64,000 nucleotides of DNA from a virus. This document shows positions 28,657 through 39,078 of the stretch, piece by piece. The stretch lies in IMG/VR virus record IMGVR_UViG_3300025093_000019, positions 15,290 to 79,289 of that record; one strand, written 5' to 3'. Numbering within the stretch: position 1 is the first letter of the stretch; every line of letters begins with the position of its first letter. The notes under the pieces were generated by a model that was not told the origin of the DNA, ran no database searches, and saw only the letters and a list, made by a program, of their open reading frames with translations. The position numbers were made by a program, and so were the translations under genes.

Positions 28657-29379
28657 TTATGTAATTGACTGAGAATCTTCTGCGATCTTTTGCTGGTATC
28701 TTGGTGACTCATATATGCCTAACTTTTTACGGATAGCTACATCTACAATCTCCTCTCTAATATGTAGCGGAAGTTCACAAGGAATATCCACATTAGACTG
28801 AGGAGTTGGAACTTGGATTCTTCTCGGATACCTAAGATAATCTATCAAGGCATATACCGCATAAGAATCCGTTCCTGTTTTGCATCTTATAGTATTTCCA
28901 AGCATCTTGTAATACAACCTATCATTTGTTGGCTTGTTGTAAGGATCTTTTGCAATAGCATATTCCTTATCAGCCCTTAATGGTTTAGCTGCAATAGGAT
29001 CAGAAATACCAGTTCTTCCGCATTTATCGTTTATGTACTCAATCTTAAAAGCAACATTCAACAAGAACATATACCCATTGTTGTCGCCATTAGGATTTCC
29101 AGGAGTAGTAACGAAACTATTTGGACTATAAGGCAGTTCAAATATTTCTCCTCCCGGCTCAGTAACGCCTACATTTACAAGTTCATCACGGCACTCAATG
29201 ATTCTAAGATCATCAATTCTCTTCTGAGTTTTCTCGACTTCTGTGTATTTGTTTTTAACTAACTCGTCTTGCGACCAATTAATTAATCGATTAAACTCAT
29301 CTGGAGTAACTGTGCCAGTGTGTTCCTTGTTAATTCCATCAAGGAATTCTGTAAACATATTTTGAGCAGTTACAAACAT
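28657..29379 (-). CDS. Putative head-tail ring protein (crAss conserved structural gene)
   Basis: IDDLR...IDYLRYP...CELP..IREEIVDVA pattern, in capsid operon. Confidence 0.6.
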   Translation of the reverse strand: MFVTAQNMFTEFLDGINKEHTGTVTPDEFNRLINWSQDELVKNKYTEVEKTQKRIDDLRIIECRDELVNVGVTEPGGEIFELPYSPNSFVTTPGNPNGDNNGYMFLLNVAFKIEYINDKCGRTGISDPIAAKPLRADKEYAIAKDPYNKPTNDRLYYKMLGNTIRCKTGTDSYAVYALIDYLRYPRRIQVPTPQSNVDIPCELPLHIREEIVDVAIRKKLGIYESPRYQQKIAEDSQSIT

Positions 29380-29382
29380 CTA

Positions 29383-30261
29383 TTAGTCTTTTTTCGCACC
29401 AGCTTTAGCTCTAGGCTTTCTAGCAGGCTTTGATTCTTTGTCGTTTTCTTCTTTTTTAGAAGCTGTTTCTGAAGCAGGCTTAACTTGTTCCATCTCTTGG
29501 ATTCTTGGTTCTGCCGGACCAGACTTCATCATTTTATGCCACTGGGTAACAATTGATGAGTTTAGAGGATCCTTCAACCACTGAATAGCATAATCTTCAT
29601 TGATACCAATCAAGTCTTTACCATTCATGTATCTACCATTATCCAAATAGATAACATGATTCTCAAGAAGCTTTTTCAAGAAGATCTTATGTTTTAGATC
29701 CTTATCATTGCTTACATCAAGAATTTGCTGAGGTTTTTCTTCTGCAATTTCATAAAGAACACTTTCAATTTGAGTCCCTGACAAGTTCGTAGTGTACTTA
29801 CCAAGTATTCTTGAGTAGTTCATCATTTCCTCCATTGACAATGAAGCAATGGTAGCAAACGCTTTACCTTTCAATTTACTCTTACTGATAGTAGCAGTTG
29901 CCTCTTTCTCTTTGTCTTCAATGTAAAATCTATGACGATCCGGGTTGATCCCGTTTTTGTCGTGAGCAACCATTGGATCATCTTTAATAACCTCAAACAG
30001 AAGTGCATCATTTGGATTGTCCAAGTCAAAAACTTGCAAATGATAGGCACGTACAGTTAGTTCATCAATTACATTATCGTCACGATCTCTTTTTGGTTCC
30101 AGTGTGATTGTTACTCTTTCCTGTAACTCTGGAGTCAATCTTGACTTGTAATCAATAACCTGTCGTGTTGAGGGATCTTCTTTAGGTGCTATAAACACCG
30201 GAGCCTCGTGATATCTTTTATCTATGGCTACCAACCTTTTTTTATTTGAAACAGTTTCCAT
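29383..30261 (-). CDS. Conserved crAss-like protein downstream of MCP
   Basis: FDLDNPND...FYIEDKEKE; position directly after MCP. Confidence 0.55.
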   Translation of the reverse strand: METVSNKKRLVAIDKRYHEAPVFIAPKEDPSTRQVIDYKSRLTPELQERVTITLEPKRDRDDNVIDELTVRAYHLQVFDLDNPNDALLFEVIKDDPMVAHDKNGINPDRHRFYIEDKEKEATATISKSKLKGKAFATIASLSMEEMMNYSRILGKYTTNLSGTQIESVLYEIAEEKPQQILDVSNDKDLKHKIFLKKLLENHVIYLDNGRYMNGKDLIGINEDYAIQWLKDPLNSSIVTQWHKMMKSGPAEPRIQEMEQVKPASETASKKEENDKESKPARKPRAKAGAKKD

Positions 30262-30305
30262 TTTTTTCTAGTTTCTTAGTTCTTAATTCTTATTCTATGA
30301 TCTTA

Positions 30306-31772
30306 TTAAACTCCTGGCTTATAGAGTTCAGCAAATCCAAATGGATTTTTCAAGCAAAGACCTGTCTCAGACAGAACTTGTACTTGGTATCCATCAACTG
30401 AATTTGAAGCAAATTCTCTACGTCCAGTTCCTCCTGGAGAAGCCATACCATCGATCACTTTCTTCACATATCGACGATCATCTGATCCGTTTCCAAGTGC
30501 GATTAGATCTACGTTTGCATCTCCACCAATTGTGTTTCCAAGTGAAACAAAGAATCCACGGTAAGACTCAAGGTTTGTTCCATAGATGTCTTTTTGTTGT
30601 GGTCGCCATGCAGCGTCCATTGCTTTGTTCCAAGCTACAACAATACGAACACCAGCCATTTCATAGCTGTTAAACGCAACTTTCACACCTTTTTCTTGAT
30701 CACCTTTTGACACAAACAATGGCTCAGGATTGTACTTGAACACATCACGCATCAATCTCTGGAAGTTCCAGATAAATGCTTGACCTCCCATTACAAACAC
30801 CTCAGTCATTCCGTCATTGTTTGCAAGAAGCTGCATATTCTGCATAATGTTCTCAATTGTCTTGATGTTCAAGTTGTTATACTGGAACTTCAATGAAGCA
30901 TCCCCTTGAGCAACAAGTCCATCACCTTGAACGATCTCACGGCCTTTAAGGTCACGAAGATATACGTTCTCATTTGCATCGATGGAAGCACGTCCAAAGA
31001 TCAATTGGTTCTCACGAGCATAAGCCCAACGACGCAACATTTCCATTTCTTGTTGCTTGAACCATAATTTCTGACCATTGTGCTCAACCCACAATACTGT
31101 GTTTTGTGCAGATCCAGAAATTGAGAATTGCATACGCTGAATTGTCATGTAGTTCGTATGCCACTCAGGATAAGTATTTTTCTCATATCCTGTTTCAGAA
31201 AGCTCAGGAAACGCTGTATAGCTGAAACCAACTTCTTTACCAACATCTAGTAAAGATGGATCAACAAAAGCTCCAACAACATTGCTAACAAGCTTACACT
31301 TGTACACCCATTGTCCGCTTGTGTTTTCAACTGGATACTCATCCATGATTTGGATGATTGTTCTTCTATCTCCAAGCTCTAACGTATCGTTAGGAGAGAA
31401 GAAGTTTGTATCCAAAGTCAACAAGAAAACAGATCCTCCTGTTGCAGTGATGATTCCTGGTGTTGACGTTGCAGCACCGGAAGCGTCAGTTACAGCAGCA
31501 GTGATTGTTCCTTTACGGAAAGGATAACCTTTCAATGCCCATTGGAATTTCCTGTTACCAATTACCTTGAAGTCTGATGTTTCCATTCCAGGCTTCAATC
31601 CTTTTTTCTGATACCCTCTACGGGCAAGATAAGACGAAAACGCTGTGAAGTTATCCTCGAAAAGATTCACGACGTTTGTTGCAATCTCGGGGCGAGTCAA
31701 TAAAGCTGCCGCAAGAGAGTTCGTCATTGTAGTCCTATTAGCATCATATGTGCCAGTACCAATAATTTTCAT
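30306..31772 (-). CDS. Major capsid protein (HK97 fold, crAss-type)
   Basis: 488 aa; ELSETG...N.MTIQR, GDGLVAQ, SNSVDGY..LSE.GL.LKNP; order portal-scaffold-MCP; strongly biased codons. Confidence 0.85.
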   Translation of the reverse strand: MKIIGTGTYDANRTTMTNSLAAALLTRPEIATNVVNLFEDNFTAFSSYLARRGYQKKGLKPGMETSDFKVIGNRKFQWALKGYPFRKGTITAAVTDASGAATSTPGIITATGGSVFLLTLDTNFFSPNDTLELGDRRTIIQIMDEYPVENTSGQWVYKCKLVSNVVGAFVDPSLLDVGKEVGFSYTAFPELSETGYEKNTYPEWHTNYMTIQRMQFSISGSAQNTVLWVEHNGQKLWFKQQEMEMLRRWAYARENQLIFGRASIDANENVYLRDLKGREIVQGDGLVAQGDASLKFQYNNLNIKTIENIMQNMQLLANNDGMTEVFVMGGQAFIWNFQRLMRDVFKYNPEPLFVSKGDQEKGVKVAFNSYEMAGVRIVVAWNKAMDAAWRPQQKDIYGTNLESYRGFFVSLGNTIGGDANVDLIALGNGSDDRRYVKKVIDGMASPGGTGRREFASNSVDGYQVQVLSETGLCLKNPFGFAELYKPGV

Positions 31773-31799
31773 TTTCTCTTTTTTTTAAATAAAGTTTAA

Positions 31800-32906
31800 C
31801 TAGAAGCCACCAAATCTTTCTGGAGCCGCTAGTGCGTCAAAATCTATTTGAGAAGGATCATTTTCAGCACCACCCTTTCTTGGTCCGTTAGGCTTTTTGT
31901 CAAGCTTATTTAGAATTGCATCTTTTCCGGATTCTTTTGCATCAGTTAACGCTGCTCTAATTTTTTCATCACCTTTCCACAGCATCATTGCTACTTTTAC
32001 TAGCGTTTCGTTGCTTTGCAACATTTGCATCATTGGAGCTGATCCTGTTTCATCTGGCGTAACAAGCTTTGAAAAATAATTTCCGAACTCCTGTTTTTCG
32101 CTTGGCGTTATTGGAAGTCCGTACACATCTTCTGCTTGATTAATTAGGCTAAGAGACTCTTTAATTTGTTTGTCTCTTTCTAAGTTAATTGATTTCGTTT
32201 GCTCTTCATAATTAGCTTGATCTTGTTCAGCTTGTTGTCTCAATTGAGTTTGCTGCTGTTCATTGATCTGATTTCTCAATTTGCCTGCTTCTATTTCTAG
32301 CATGCCGGCATTGTCTAATTTGTCAAGAACTTGGTTGACTTTTTTATCATCCCAATCCTTATAATGATGCTGATAGTTTGCAGCAAGCAATTCTCTGTCA
32401 CTCATCGCAGAAACATTGTCTCTTTGTTGCATTGACTTCATTACTTGTTCAAAACTAGCACCAGTATTTAAAGCCTCTTGCATAGCTACTAATTCAGGAT
32501 GAAACTCCTGCTGTTCACTTTGTTGAGGTGTTAGTACCTTCTGAAGAACATCTATATAGTTTTCTTCATTGATACCTTCCGGGATCTCCCACTCAGGATT
32601 AGCCTCTTTGAGTTGTTCAAATGGCTTCATCCAGTAGTGATCTTGTACATCGGATTGAGTTGATGTATTATCAACTGTTTGATCTTGACTGTTGTTTTGA
32701 TCTAATTCTTGGTTCTGATTTGAAACATCCTCGTCTAGGTTAGGAAGATTCTCAGGAATGCCATCACCACCTGGAGGATTATCCGGATCAGCATTTTCAG
32801 CTGGAAATAGTACCGGATCATAATTTCCTTCAGGTGCAGATAATGCATCCAAGTTTACTTCTAAACCTTCTGAATTATTTTCAGTATTTTGATTATTCTC
32901 TGTCAT
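31800..32906 (-). CDS. Acidic scaffold-like protein upstream of MCP
   Basis: Acidic, Asn/Gln-rich N-terminus and coiled-coil centre, between portal and MCP. Confidence 0.6.
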   Translation of the reverse strand: MTENNQNTENNSEGLEVNLDALSAPEGNYDPVLFPAENADPDNPPGGDGIPENLPNLDEDVSNQNQELDQNNSQDQTVDNTSTQSDVQDHYWMKPFEQLKEANPEWEIPEGINEENYIDVLQKVLTPQQSEQQEFHPELVAMQEALNTGASFEQVMKSMQQRDNVSAMSDRELLAANYQHHYKDWDDKKVNQVLDKLDNAGMLEIEAGKLRNQINEQQQTQLRQQAEQDQANYEEQTKSINLERDKQIKESLSLINQAEDVYGLPITPSEKQEFGNYFSKLVTPDETGSAPMMQMLQSNETLVKVAMMLWKGDEKIRAALTDAKESGKDAILNKLDKKPNGPRKGGAENDPSQIDFDALAAPERFGGF

Positions 32907-32949
32907 AACATTGTTTTTATTTCTGTGATCTTTTTTTCTCTTTCTCTAG

Positions 32950-32957
32950 CAAATATA
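32950..32957 (-). promoter_or_regulatory. Bacteroidota sigma70 -7 box TATATTTG upstream of scaffold/MCP
   Basis: Exact TAnnTTTG in the intergenic gap; no clear -33 box. Confidence 0.55.
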
Positions 32958-32974
32958 AGAAATTCAACTTTTAA

Positions 32975-35500
32975 TTAAGTATCCTTTACTTTCTCTTTCT
33001 TTTGTCCAGCTTTAACTAACTGATCCTGTGTAGCTTCAGCACCCTGTATAGCAAGGTCTGCTTTAGCCATTACAAAGTCCATATTTGTTGCACGTTTCTG
33101 CTCGTCAAGATAAGCCATCTCAACATCTCTTTCAGTATCGATTTGCTTATTGTCAGTCGTGTTTTCAATATTAAGTTTTTGCTGTTCAAATTGTTGTTGC
33201 ATTCCAAACTTCTGCATTTCCCAATTAAGTTTAGCTTGCTCAATTTGAGCCATCATATTTTTAGCATCATCAGCTTGTTTGTCAAGAGCCATTTTTAACT
33301 CAGCATCCATCTGCTTCATCTGTGTTTCATGATCCCTTGTTGCTTGATTATTCTGCTCTACTCTTTGCATTGCAAGTTCTTCATACTGCTCTACTTTTGC
33401 TTCTAACTCTCTCAAGTTATCTACGTTGTAAAGCTTAACAAGGTTTCCAAAAGTTAACATTCCTTCTTGATGTTTTGCAAAAGCCATTTGCTTTATATCT
33501 TGAAGTGCTCTTTCTTCTTTACCACTATCTGTAGTAAAGATCATGTAATCTGCTCTGTCTAAAGTTTCTTGCGGAACATCTAATAACTCTTGTGCAAAGT
33601 CACCTAAAATGTAGGATCCCTTTTTACCTTTTTTCCATGCTTTTCTACACAGGTTAATCACTCTGTTCAAAACTTTTCTTTTTACTTGTTCGTGATCATA
33701 GAATATAATTTCAGTAACAAGTGCTGAGTTTTTAATCGATTGTTCTGTTGTTCCTACTTGATCTGTTGGTGCAATATCCCCCATACGCTGAGGTGATACA
33801 CCAGTAATACTTGAAGCCAACTGTTCAAGGTGTTGAAGCATTTGAAGCAAGTATTGAATACCTGGCCCCATTGAATCATCAAAGTTTTGGAATTGATTAA
33901 AAGATGGCTGACGATTCATTCCTGACCTCACCGACTGAATCCAACCAACTCCCATCTTGCGTTGATACATCCACTCTTTCAAGGACATTCCTTCTGGAAC
34001 TTGAGACTTATCCATAATAAATCCTTTTACTCCTGACAAAGCAAGCCATAATTCTTTATGATAGTGAATAAGGTTGTATAGTATTTGAACATCTTTAGCC
34101 GCCCAAACAAGTGAGTATGGTTTTCTCGTGTACATGTTGTGTGCACGCCCAACATATGGAAGCTCAACTCTTCCGTAATTGTCTTGAGATCTTACTACAC
34201 TTTTCTTTCTGCAATCGACATAAATATCTTGATCAATAAGAACACCTTGGTATATGTCATTCTTGTATCCGACAACTTCTTTTTCTCCTTTGTCTGTTCT
34301 TGCAGATTCAGACTCAGACATCATATGAGTAAAATAACTTCCTTCTCTGTGTGGGTTTGGAGATTTTTTAGCTCTTAGTTTTGTAGGTGATTGCCAATAG
34401 CAGCGAGCAACACGGATAACATTAGCGTAGTCTTCAGAACCAGCATAAAGAGTATCGGGTCCGCAACCATCAACATTATTATTTCCATACTCACCTCCGT
34501 TAACTGAATAGTTATATCCATAATATCCATAGCCATATCCAGTTTGAGTGTTTATATAAGAAGATCTACTTTTTAGCTTCTCGATATCTTGAAAGCTCAT
34601 CTTATCACCAAACTCATCGATGATTTGATTTATACTCATAAATCTTTCTTCCATACACCACTCAGAATCACCAACCCAATCAACTTGGCTATCACCAGCA
34701 TAATAGAATCCCATTGGATTTACTTTTCTGATAACAGGATCTTCTGACTGATCACTCTCTTCCCAATCAGCAAAATAGTATTCTTTATCAACTATCAGTT
34801 TATCTTCAAATCCAAGATTAAAGAGATCTCTTAGATTTTGAGTGGCTATTAGATATTTCAATCCTTTCTCAGCCATAATCTCTAAGAAGTCCTTGAACTT
34901 ATATTTGAAGTAAAGCTCAATATCTTTTAGCTCATCTTCATTAATCAAATTTTCATGGGATATAACATATCTACCCATTGTCAATTGATTCTCAGCAGCT
35001 TTTAATTGCATTTCCAATTCTGGTGGAACTTGCCCTCCCTCTTCTGCGGCTTGTTGTCTTGCTTGGTTTATTTGTTGCTGAATCATATCCAAGTTTTCTA
35101 AAGCTTGCTTGTAAGCTAAAGAAACTTGCATTTTCTTTTGAGACATTATTGAAACAATCTTCTCAAATTTCTTTTGATTCTTGTCGTTAACAGAATTACT
35201 ATCGATACTAAAGACTCTCCAGTTGAAAGGTCTTTTAGTTTCTTCTGCTCTTAACCTGTCAAATTTTGGGCGAAGTAATGGAACGAATCTAATCTTTGCA
35301 GGGTATTCATAGTCGCCAACTTTTCTTAGATAATCAAAGTCTTGGTCATTTTGAATACCATTATACATGTCATAGCAGAACTTATCTTTTGCCTTACTGA
35401 TCTTGCTGGTAAATGACATTTTTACAATTGCACTTACGCATCGTTTCATCCATTCTTTGTTCTTGGAACTTTCAGGTATATTTTGATTCGGTAACGGCAT
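32975..35500 (-). CDS. Portal protein
   Basis: 841 aa; LPNQ...K.KEW, YPAKIRFVP, Q.LYN...KG.I.D, SITGVSPQRMG; directly follows TerL. Confidence 0.88.
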   Translation of the reverse strand: MPLPNQNIPESSKNKEWMKRCVSAIVKMSFTSKISKAKDKFCYDMYNGIQNDQDFDYLRKVGDYEYPAKIRFVPLLRPKFDRLRAEETKRPFNWRVFSIDSNSVNDKNQKKFEKIVSIMSQKKMQVSLAYKQALENLDMIQQQINQARQQAAEEGGQVPPELEMQLKAAENQLTMGRYVISHENLINEDELKDIELYFKYKFKDFLEIMAEKGLKYLIATQNLRDLFNLGFEDKLIVDKEYYFADWEESDQSEDPVIRKVNPMGFYYAGDSQVDWVGDSEWCMEERFMSINQIIDEFGDKMSFQDIEKLKSRSSYINTQTGYGYGYYGYNYSVNGGEYGNNNVDGCGPDTLYAGSEDYANVIRVARCYWQSPTKLRAKKSPNPHREGSYFTHMMSESESARTDKGEKEVVGYKNDIYQGVLIDQDIYVDCRKKSVVRSQDNYGRVELPYVGRAHNMYTRKPYSLVWAAKDVQILYNLIHYHKELWLALSGVKGFIMDKSQVPEGMSLKEWMYQRKMGVGWIQSVRSGMNRQPSFNQFQNFDDSMGPGIQYLLQMLQHLEQLASSITGVSPQRMGDIAPTDQVGTTEQSIKNSALVTEIIFYDHEQVKRKVLNRVINLCRKAWKKGKKGSYILGDFAQELLDVPQETLDRADYMIFTTDSGKEERALQDIKQMAFAKHQEGMLTFGNLVKLYNVDNLRELEAKVEQYEELAMQRVEQNNQATRDHETQMKQMDAELKMALDKQADDAKNMMAQIEQAKLNWEMQKFGMQQQFEQQKLNIENTTDNKQIDTERDVEMAYLDEQKRATNMDFVMAKADLAIQGAEATQDQLVKAGQKKEKVKDT

Positions 35501-35504
35501 TTTT

Positions 35505-37394
35505 TTAAAAATTTTGCATTAGTTTTCCTCCACTACTTTTAAAATGAAAAAACTCTTCTTTTTGCGTTTTATATTGATCTTTATTGATCTTAATATTGAC
35601 GTTATCTTTTGCATGGCAAATAGCTAAAGAAGAAGATATTGTGATGTCACAGTTGTATCCTTTTTCATTTCTAAATTTAATTGCTCTTTCAACTTGGTAT
35701 GAATCATACATAACTTCAGAATAATCTTCAATGTAATCTCTATACATTACAAGCCATTCATTCTTTGTTCCTGGATCCACACCATACTTGTTGTTTACTT
35801 TACTATCTTTTACGTTTGCATAAGCAATGGCCGGTCTTAATTTTAAGTATCCTTCAAATCCATTATTCTTATACCAGTTAAAGATAGCGATATTTGACCA
35901 CTCGATTAGATTTGGTGCTCGATAGTACATACATAGTTTTGCAGTTTCTTCGTAAAACTTTTCAGCTGTGGCTGGTCTGTCTGTGTATCTAGCAACAAAC
36001 ATATTTGAAGTTGAATCTACATCTTTAAACATCTTATACATAGAACAAGATCCTTTTGAGTCTGATGTCTGTGCTTCATCTTTGTCGTAAGAATCTGTTC
36101 CTGCGACATATAAGTTTAAGAACACTTCATCGTTCTGATCTTTTTCCGGATGCTCCATTATTAGCAAGCTTCCATTTTCATCATGAACAAATCTGACATC
36201 AATGATTTTACCAAGTTCATTTTTAATCCATTCAAGTCTTCCTCTGTCTGGTAAGTTTAAAAGTGCTTTATTGTTTCTTAGTCTAGCAAACTGCTGATTA
36301 AGTAAAGCTTGATTAAACATATTACCACCGGTCCTCATAAATGCTTCACTCGGAACAATCGGATCCTGTGTAATCGTGTTTACAAAGTCATCTACCTTTT
36401 TAGACTTTCTTGCTGCTTCTCTTTTTTCATTGATAAAATCAAGGCTCTCTTGTTTTAATGAGTTCCCTTCCTTGTCAACCATCTTGAATTTCCAAGCAGG
36501 ACAGAAGTATCCGACCTTATCTTCTCCTCCATCCTCTTCGTATTCATTCTCAAAGGCCATCATATCATAGGCCTCTGGAAAATAGAACATTTGCTCAAGT
36601 TCGGCAGCACCCTTTTCCATGTCTCCACCAGTACCAACAATAATTGCAAATCCTGTCTTTTCACCACCCTCTGCTTCGAGTGCTGGTTGAATATACTTGA
36701 ATGAATCAATTAGTCCTGGGAACTTACCGGCCTCTTCAAAGATTATCAATGAAGGAGACTTACCGATAGTTGCTTGCGGATTGTTTTTAGATGTAATGTT
36801 ATAGATTTCACTATGTATCCCTTTCCAATATGGAACACCTCCTTCAATAACTTTATATCTAGCTTGGATATACTCAAGAGTGTCTGGCTGTCTTCTTTTG
36901 TAAAACTCAGTTTCTTTTAAAGAGTTTAGACCACGGACACACATCCTCATAGTTGCATTAGAATACTTTTCTTCTCCAGCAGTAATAATTGTTTGAGAGT
37001 GAGGAAAGAATGTGAATTCTTTACCCATTAGTGCAGCATGCTTTTCAGAAAATCCTTTCTGACGAGCTTTTACAACACACAAATGTTTTCCTGCACTTCT
37101 TGCTTTTTCTACAGCTAAGAAATACTCAAGATCCATGTCGATAAATCTAGGAGGTATTAATGTTTTCCTTCCTGTAGTTTTATCCTTACCACGAATCTTC
37201 CAAAAGTTTAAGTACCAGTAATAATCGCCAGGGATATAAATTCCTCCGACTTCATAACCCTCTATGCATCTTCTTTTTTGCTCCATCCACCACTCACGAT
37301 ATTCATAAGAAAGTGGATTAGCATTAGTAATGCCATCCATTATTACTGGTGAAAAGTATTCTGTATTCACCAACATAATAACGCCAATAAGCAA
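35505..37394 (-). CDS. terL: Terminase large subunit
   Basis: Walker A KARQKGFS, Walker B IIFEEAG, GTGG coupling motif, nuclease GTDSYD; no intein seen. Confidence 0.93.
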   Translation of the reverse strand: MLIGVIMLVNTEYFSPVIMDGITNANPLSYEYREWWMEQKRRCIEGYEVGGIYIPGDYYWYLNFWKIRGKDKTTGRKTLIPPRFIDMDLEYFLAVEKARSAGKHLCVVKARQKGFSEKHAALMGKEFTFFPHSQTIITAGEEKYSNATMRMCVRGLNSLKETEFYKRRQPDTLEYIQARYKVIEGGVPYWKGIHSEIYNITSKNNPQATIGKSPSLIIFEEAGKFPGLIDSFKYIQPALEAEGGEKTGFAIIVGTGGDMEKGAAELEQMFYFPEAYDMMAFENEYEEDGGEDKVGYFCPAWKFKMVDKEGNSLKQESLDFINEKREAARKSKKVDDFVNTITQDPIVPSEAFMRTGGNMFNQALLNQQFARLRNNKALLNLPDRGRLEWIKNELGKIIDVRFVHDENGSLLIMEHPEKDQNDEVFLNLYVAGTDSYDKDEAQTSDSKGSCSMYKMFKDVDSTSNMFVARYTDRPATAEKFYEETAKLCMYYRAPNLIEWSNIAIFNWYKNNGFEGYLKLRPAIAYANVKDSKVNNKYGVDPGTKNEWLVMYRDYIEDYSEVMYDSYQVERAIKFRNEKGYNCDITISSSLAICHAKDNVNIKINKDQYKTQKEEFFHFKSSGGKLMQNF

Positions 37395-37424
37395 AGAACG
37401 ATCAATAGATCTTTCTTCTTGTTT

Positions 37425-38111
37425 CTAAAACTCTCTCAATAAACAGTAAGTAACAAATTTTTGCTTACCACTGTTTAATGCATCTTCATACCATTCCATT
37501 TGATCAAGATATTCTTCTCTTTCATTTGTGACCTGGCATCCAGCACTCCAACCTCCAATTGTCCAAATTGTTTTGTCTAGATTTGCATCAGAAAAATCAT
37601 AAGTGTTCATATGATAGTTGATTCCATACCAACCAGATATTGGTTCTCCTAATTCTTCTGATTTACCATCCATGTCGCCATCACGATAAACAATAACCTC
37701 TGCACCTCTCTGACGAAGAGCAGGCATTCTTCCTCTGTGCATTCCATACTTCCAAACATTGTAATACCACATATTTGACTTTAATACAGCTGCTCCTTTT
37801 GGATTGAAAGACTTAAAACCTCCTTTAAGGATTTTTATTCCTGGATTTGTCGTACCGGTTAATACCCGAATGAAAAGCATTTTACTAGTATCCATAGTAA
37901 ATTCTTCTCCAATGTTTTCATATTCATAAAACTTATCATCATATACATTTGAAGTATCCTCTTGGGATCTTACTCCAATGATGAATCGACCTTTAGGAAA
38001 TCCTTTAAATCCTTCTACAAGCATAGATCCTTCAAGAAGATCTCTGTCTGTATATTTTCTAACTGCTGTGTGTTCTGACATTTTATCTCTGTTTTCTAAA
38101 TTGTAATACAA
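37425..38111 (-). CDS. Putative endolysin (YkuD/L,D-transpeptidase-like)
   Basis: GTTNPG, YRDGDMD, GINYH...WSAGCQV His/Cys motif; adjacent to membrane and lipoprotein genes. Confidence 0.6.
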   Translation of the reverse strand: MYYNLENRDKMSEHTAVRKYTDRDLLEGSMLVEGFKGFPKGRFIIGVRSQEDTSNVYDDKFYEYENIGEEFTMDTSKMLFIRVLTGTTNPGIKILKGGFKSFNPKGAAVLKSNMWYYNVWKYGMHRGRMPALRQRGAEVIVYRDGDMDGKSEELGEPISGWYGINYHMNTYDFSDANLDKTIWTIGGWSAGCQVTNEREEYLDQMEWYEDALNSGKQKFVTYCLLREF

Positions 38112-38508
38112 AGTAAAGCACTGCTAAAATAAACAATGCAATTAATATCCATTTTACTGACGACATCCATTCTGGTGTCTTTTCAAAATATCGTACAGGA
38201 ACTACTCTTTCTTCAACCATAACCGTATCTCTACATTGACCTTCAATGTAAACAGAATCTCTAACTCTATATACTTTTACTTCTAATCTGTCGTGGTTTA
38301 CATGTATTGTATCAAGAAGTTCTCTGATGTGAGTAACAGTATCATGCTCTACCTTTGGAACATAAACTGAATCAGTAATGTAGAGTGTGTCTTGCTCATG
38401 GACATAGGGAAACCTGTCAACTAATCGTTGATGTCTTTTAATTGGATCACAAGAAGTAGATCCAAAGAAAACAATAAGCAAAATCGATATGCTAATTGCT
38501 ACCCTCAT
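38083..38508 (-). CDS. Spanin-like lipoprotein
   Basis: Signal peptide with lipobox (STSC), beta-rich DT-repeat core and C-terminal TM helix, resembling a unimolecular spanin layout. Confidence 0.55.
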   Translation of the reverse strand: MRVAISISILLIVFFGSTSCDPIKRHQRLVDRFPYVHEQDTLYITDSVYVPKVEHDTVTHIRELLDTIHVNHDRLEVKVYRVRDSVYIEGQCRDTVMVEERVVPVRYFEKTPEWMSSVKWILIALFILAVLYFVLQFRKQR

Positions 38509-38740
38509 TTTTCTCTTTGTCTATTCTAGTTTTTCTTATGTCTTGCCAAACGGCAACACCAAGCATAACACAAACAAACCCCAAAAGTATTTCAAGCACT
38601 GTTACATAATTTTTAGAACCAGTAAATCTAATAACCACATATATAACTAAAGCAAAAGTCAAAAGAGCTAAAAATCTTTTAGATGAGTCTGGAGAATCAG
38701 ACTTAACTATACTACCAAGATATTTCCAGATCTTATTCAT
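38492..38740 (-). CDS. Holin-like two-TM protein
   Basis: SSKR followed by two TM helices and a charged tail, in the lysis cluster. Confidence 0.55.
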   Translation of the reverse strand: MNKIWKYLGSIVKSDSPDSSKRFLALLTFALVIYVVIRFTGSKNYVTVLEILLGFVCVMLGVAVWQDIRKTRIDKEKNEGSN

Positions 38741-39078
38741 TTTAACTTATCTATTGCGGCTGTAATTTTTTCAACTATCCTAAGTTCCATTTGAGCAATA
38801 GCTGTTTCTAGTTTGCTATGTCCAGTGCTCATTTCTTTTTGAATGTCTTGAATAACATTGTTTTGATCGTCAATACGTTTGTGTAATGCGGTATTCATTT
38901 CTTTTTTACGTTCTCGAACATCTTGAAGCTCTTTTTCCTGTTCCTCATTTTTAGCTTCTTGTAAATCAAGACGTGCTTTTAATTTATAGTATGCTCCCAT
39001 AGCACCAAGGATTCCTGATCCGGCCCCAATTAAAACATCCAATCCTATTTGCATTTCGTTCAAAGCGGCAAGTATCAT
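38737..39078 (-). CDS. Single-TM coiled-coil protein (holin/antiholin-like)
   Basis: N-terminal TM plus coiled coil. Confidence 0.45.
   Translation of the reverse strand: MILAALNEMQIGLDVLIGAGSGILGAMGAYYKLKARLDLQEAKNEEQEKELQDVRERKKEMNTALHKRIDDQNNVIQDIQKEMSTGHSKLETAIAQMELRIVEKITAAIDKLK

Noticed and set aside
30306-37394. Introns or inteins in MCP, portal and TerL
   Set aside because: ORFs are continuous, of normal size, and lack intein or homing-endonuclease motifs
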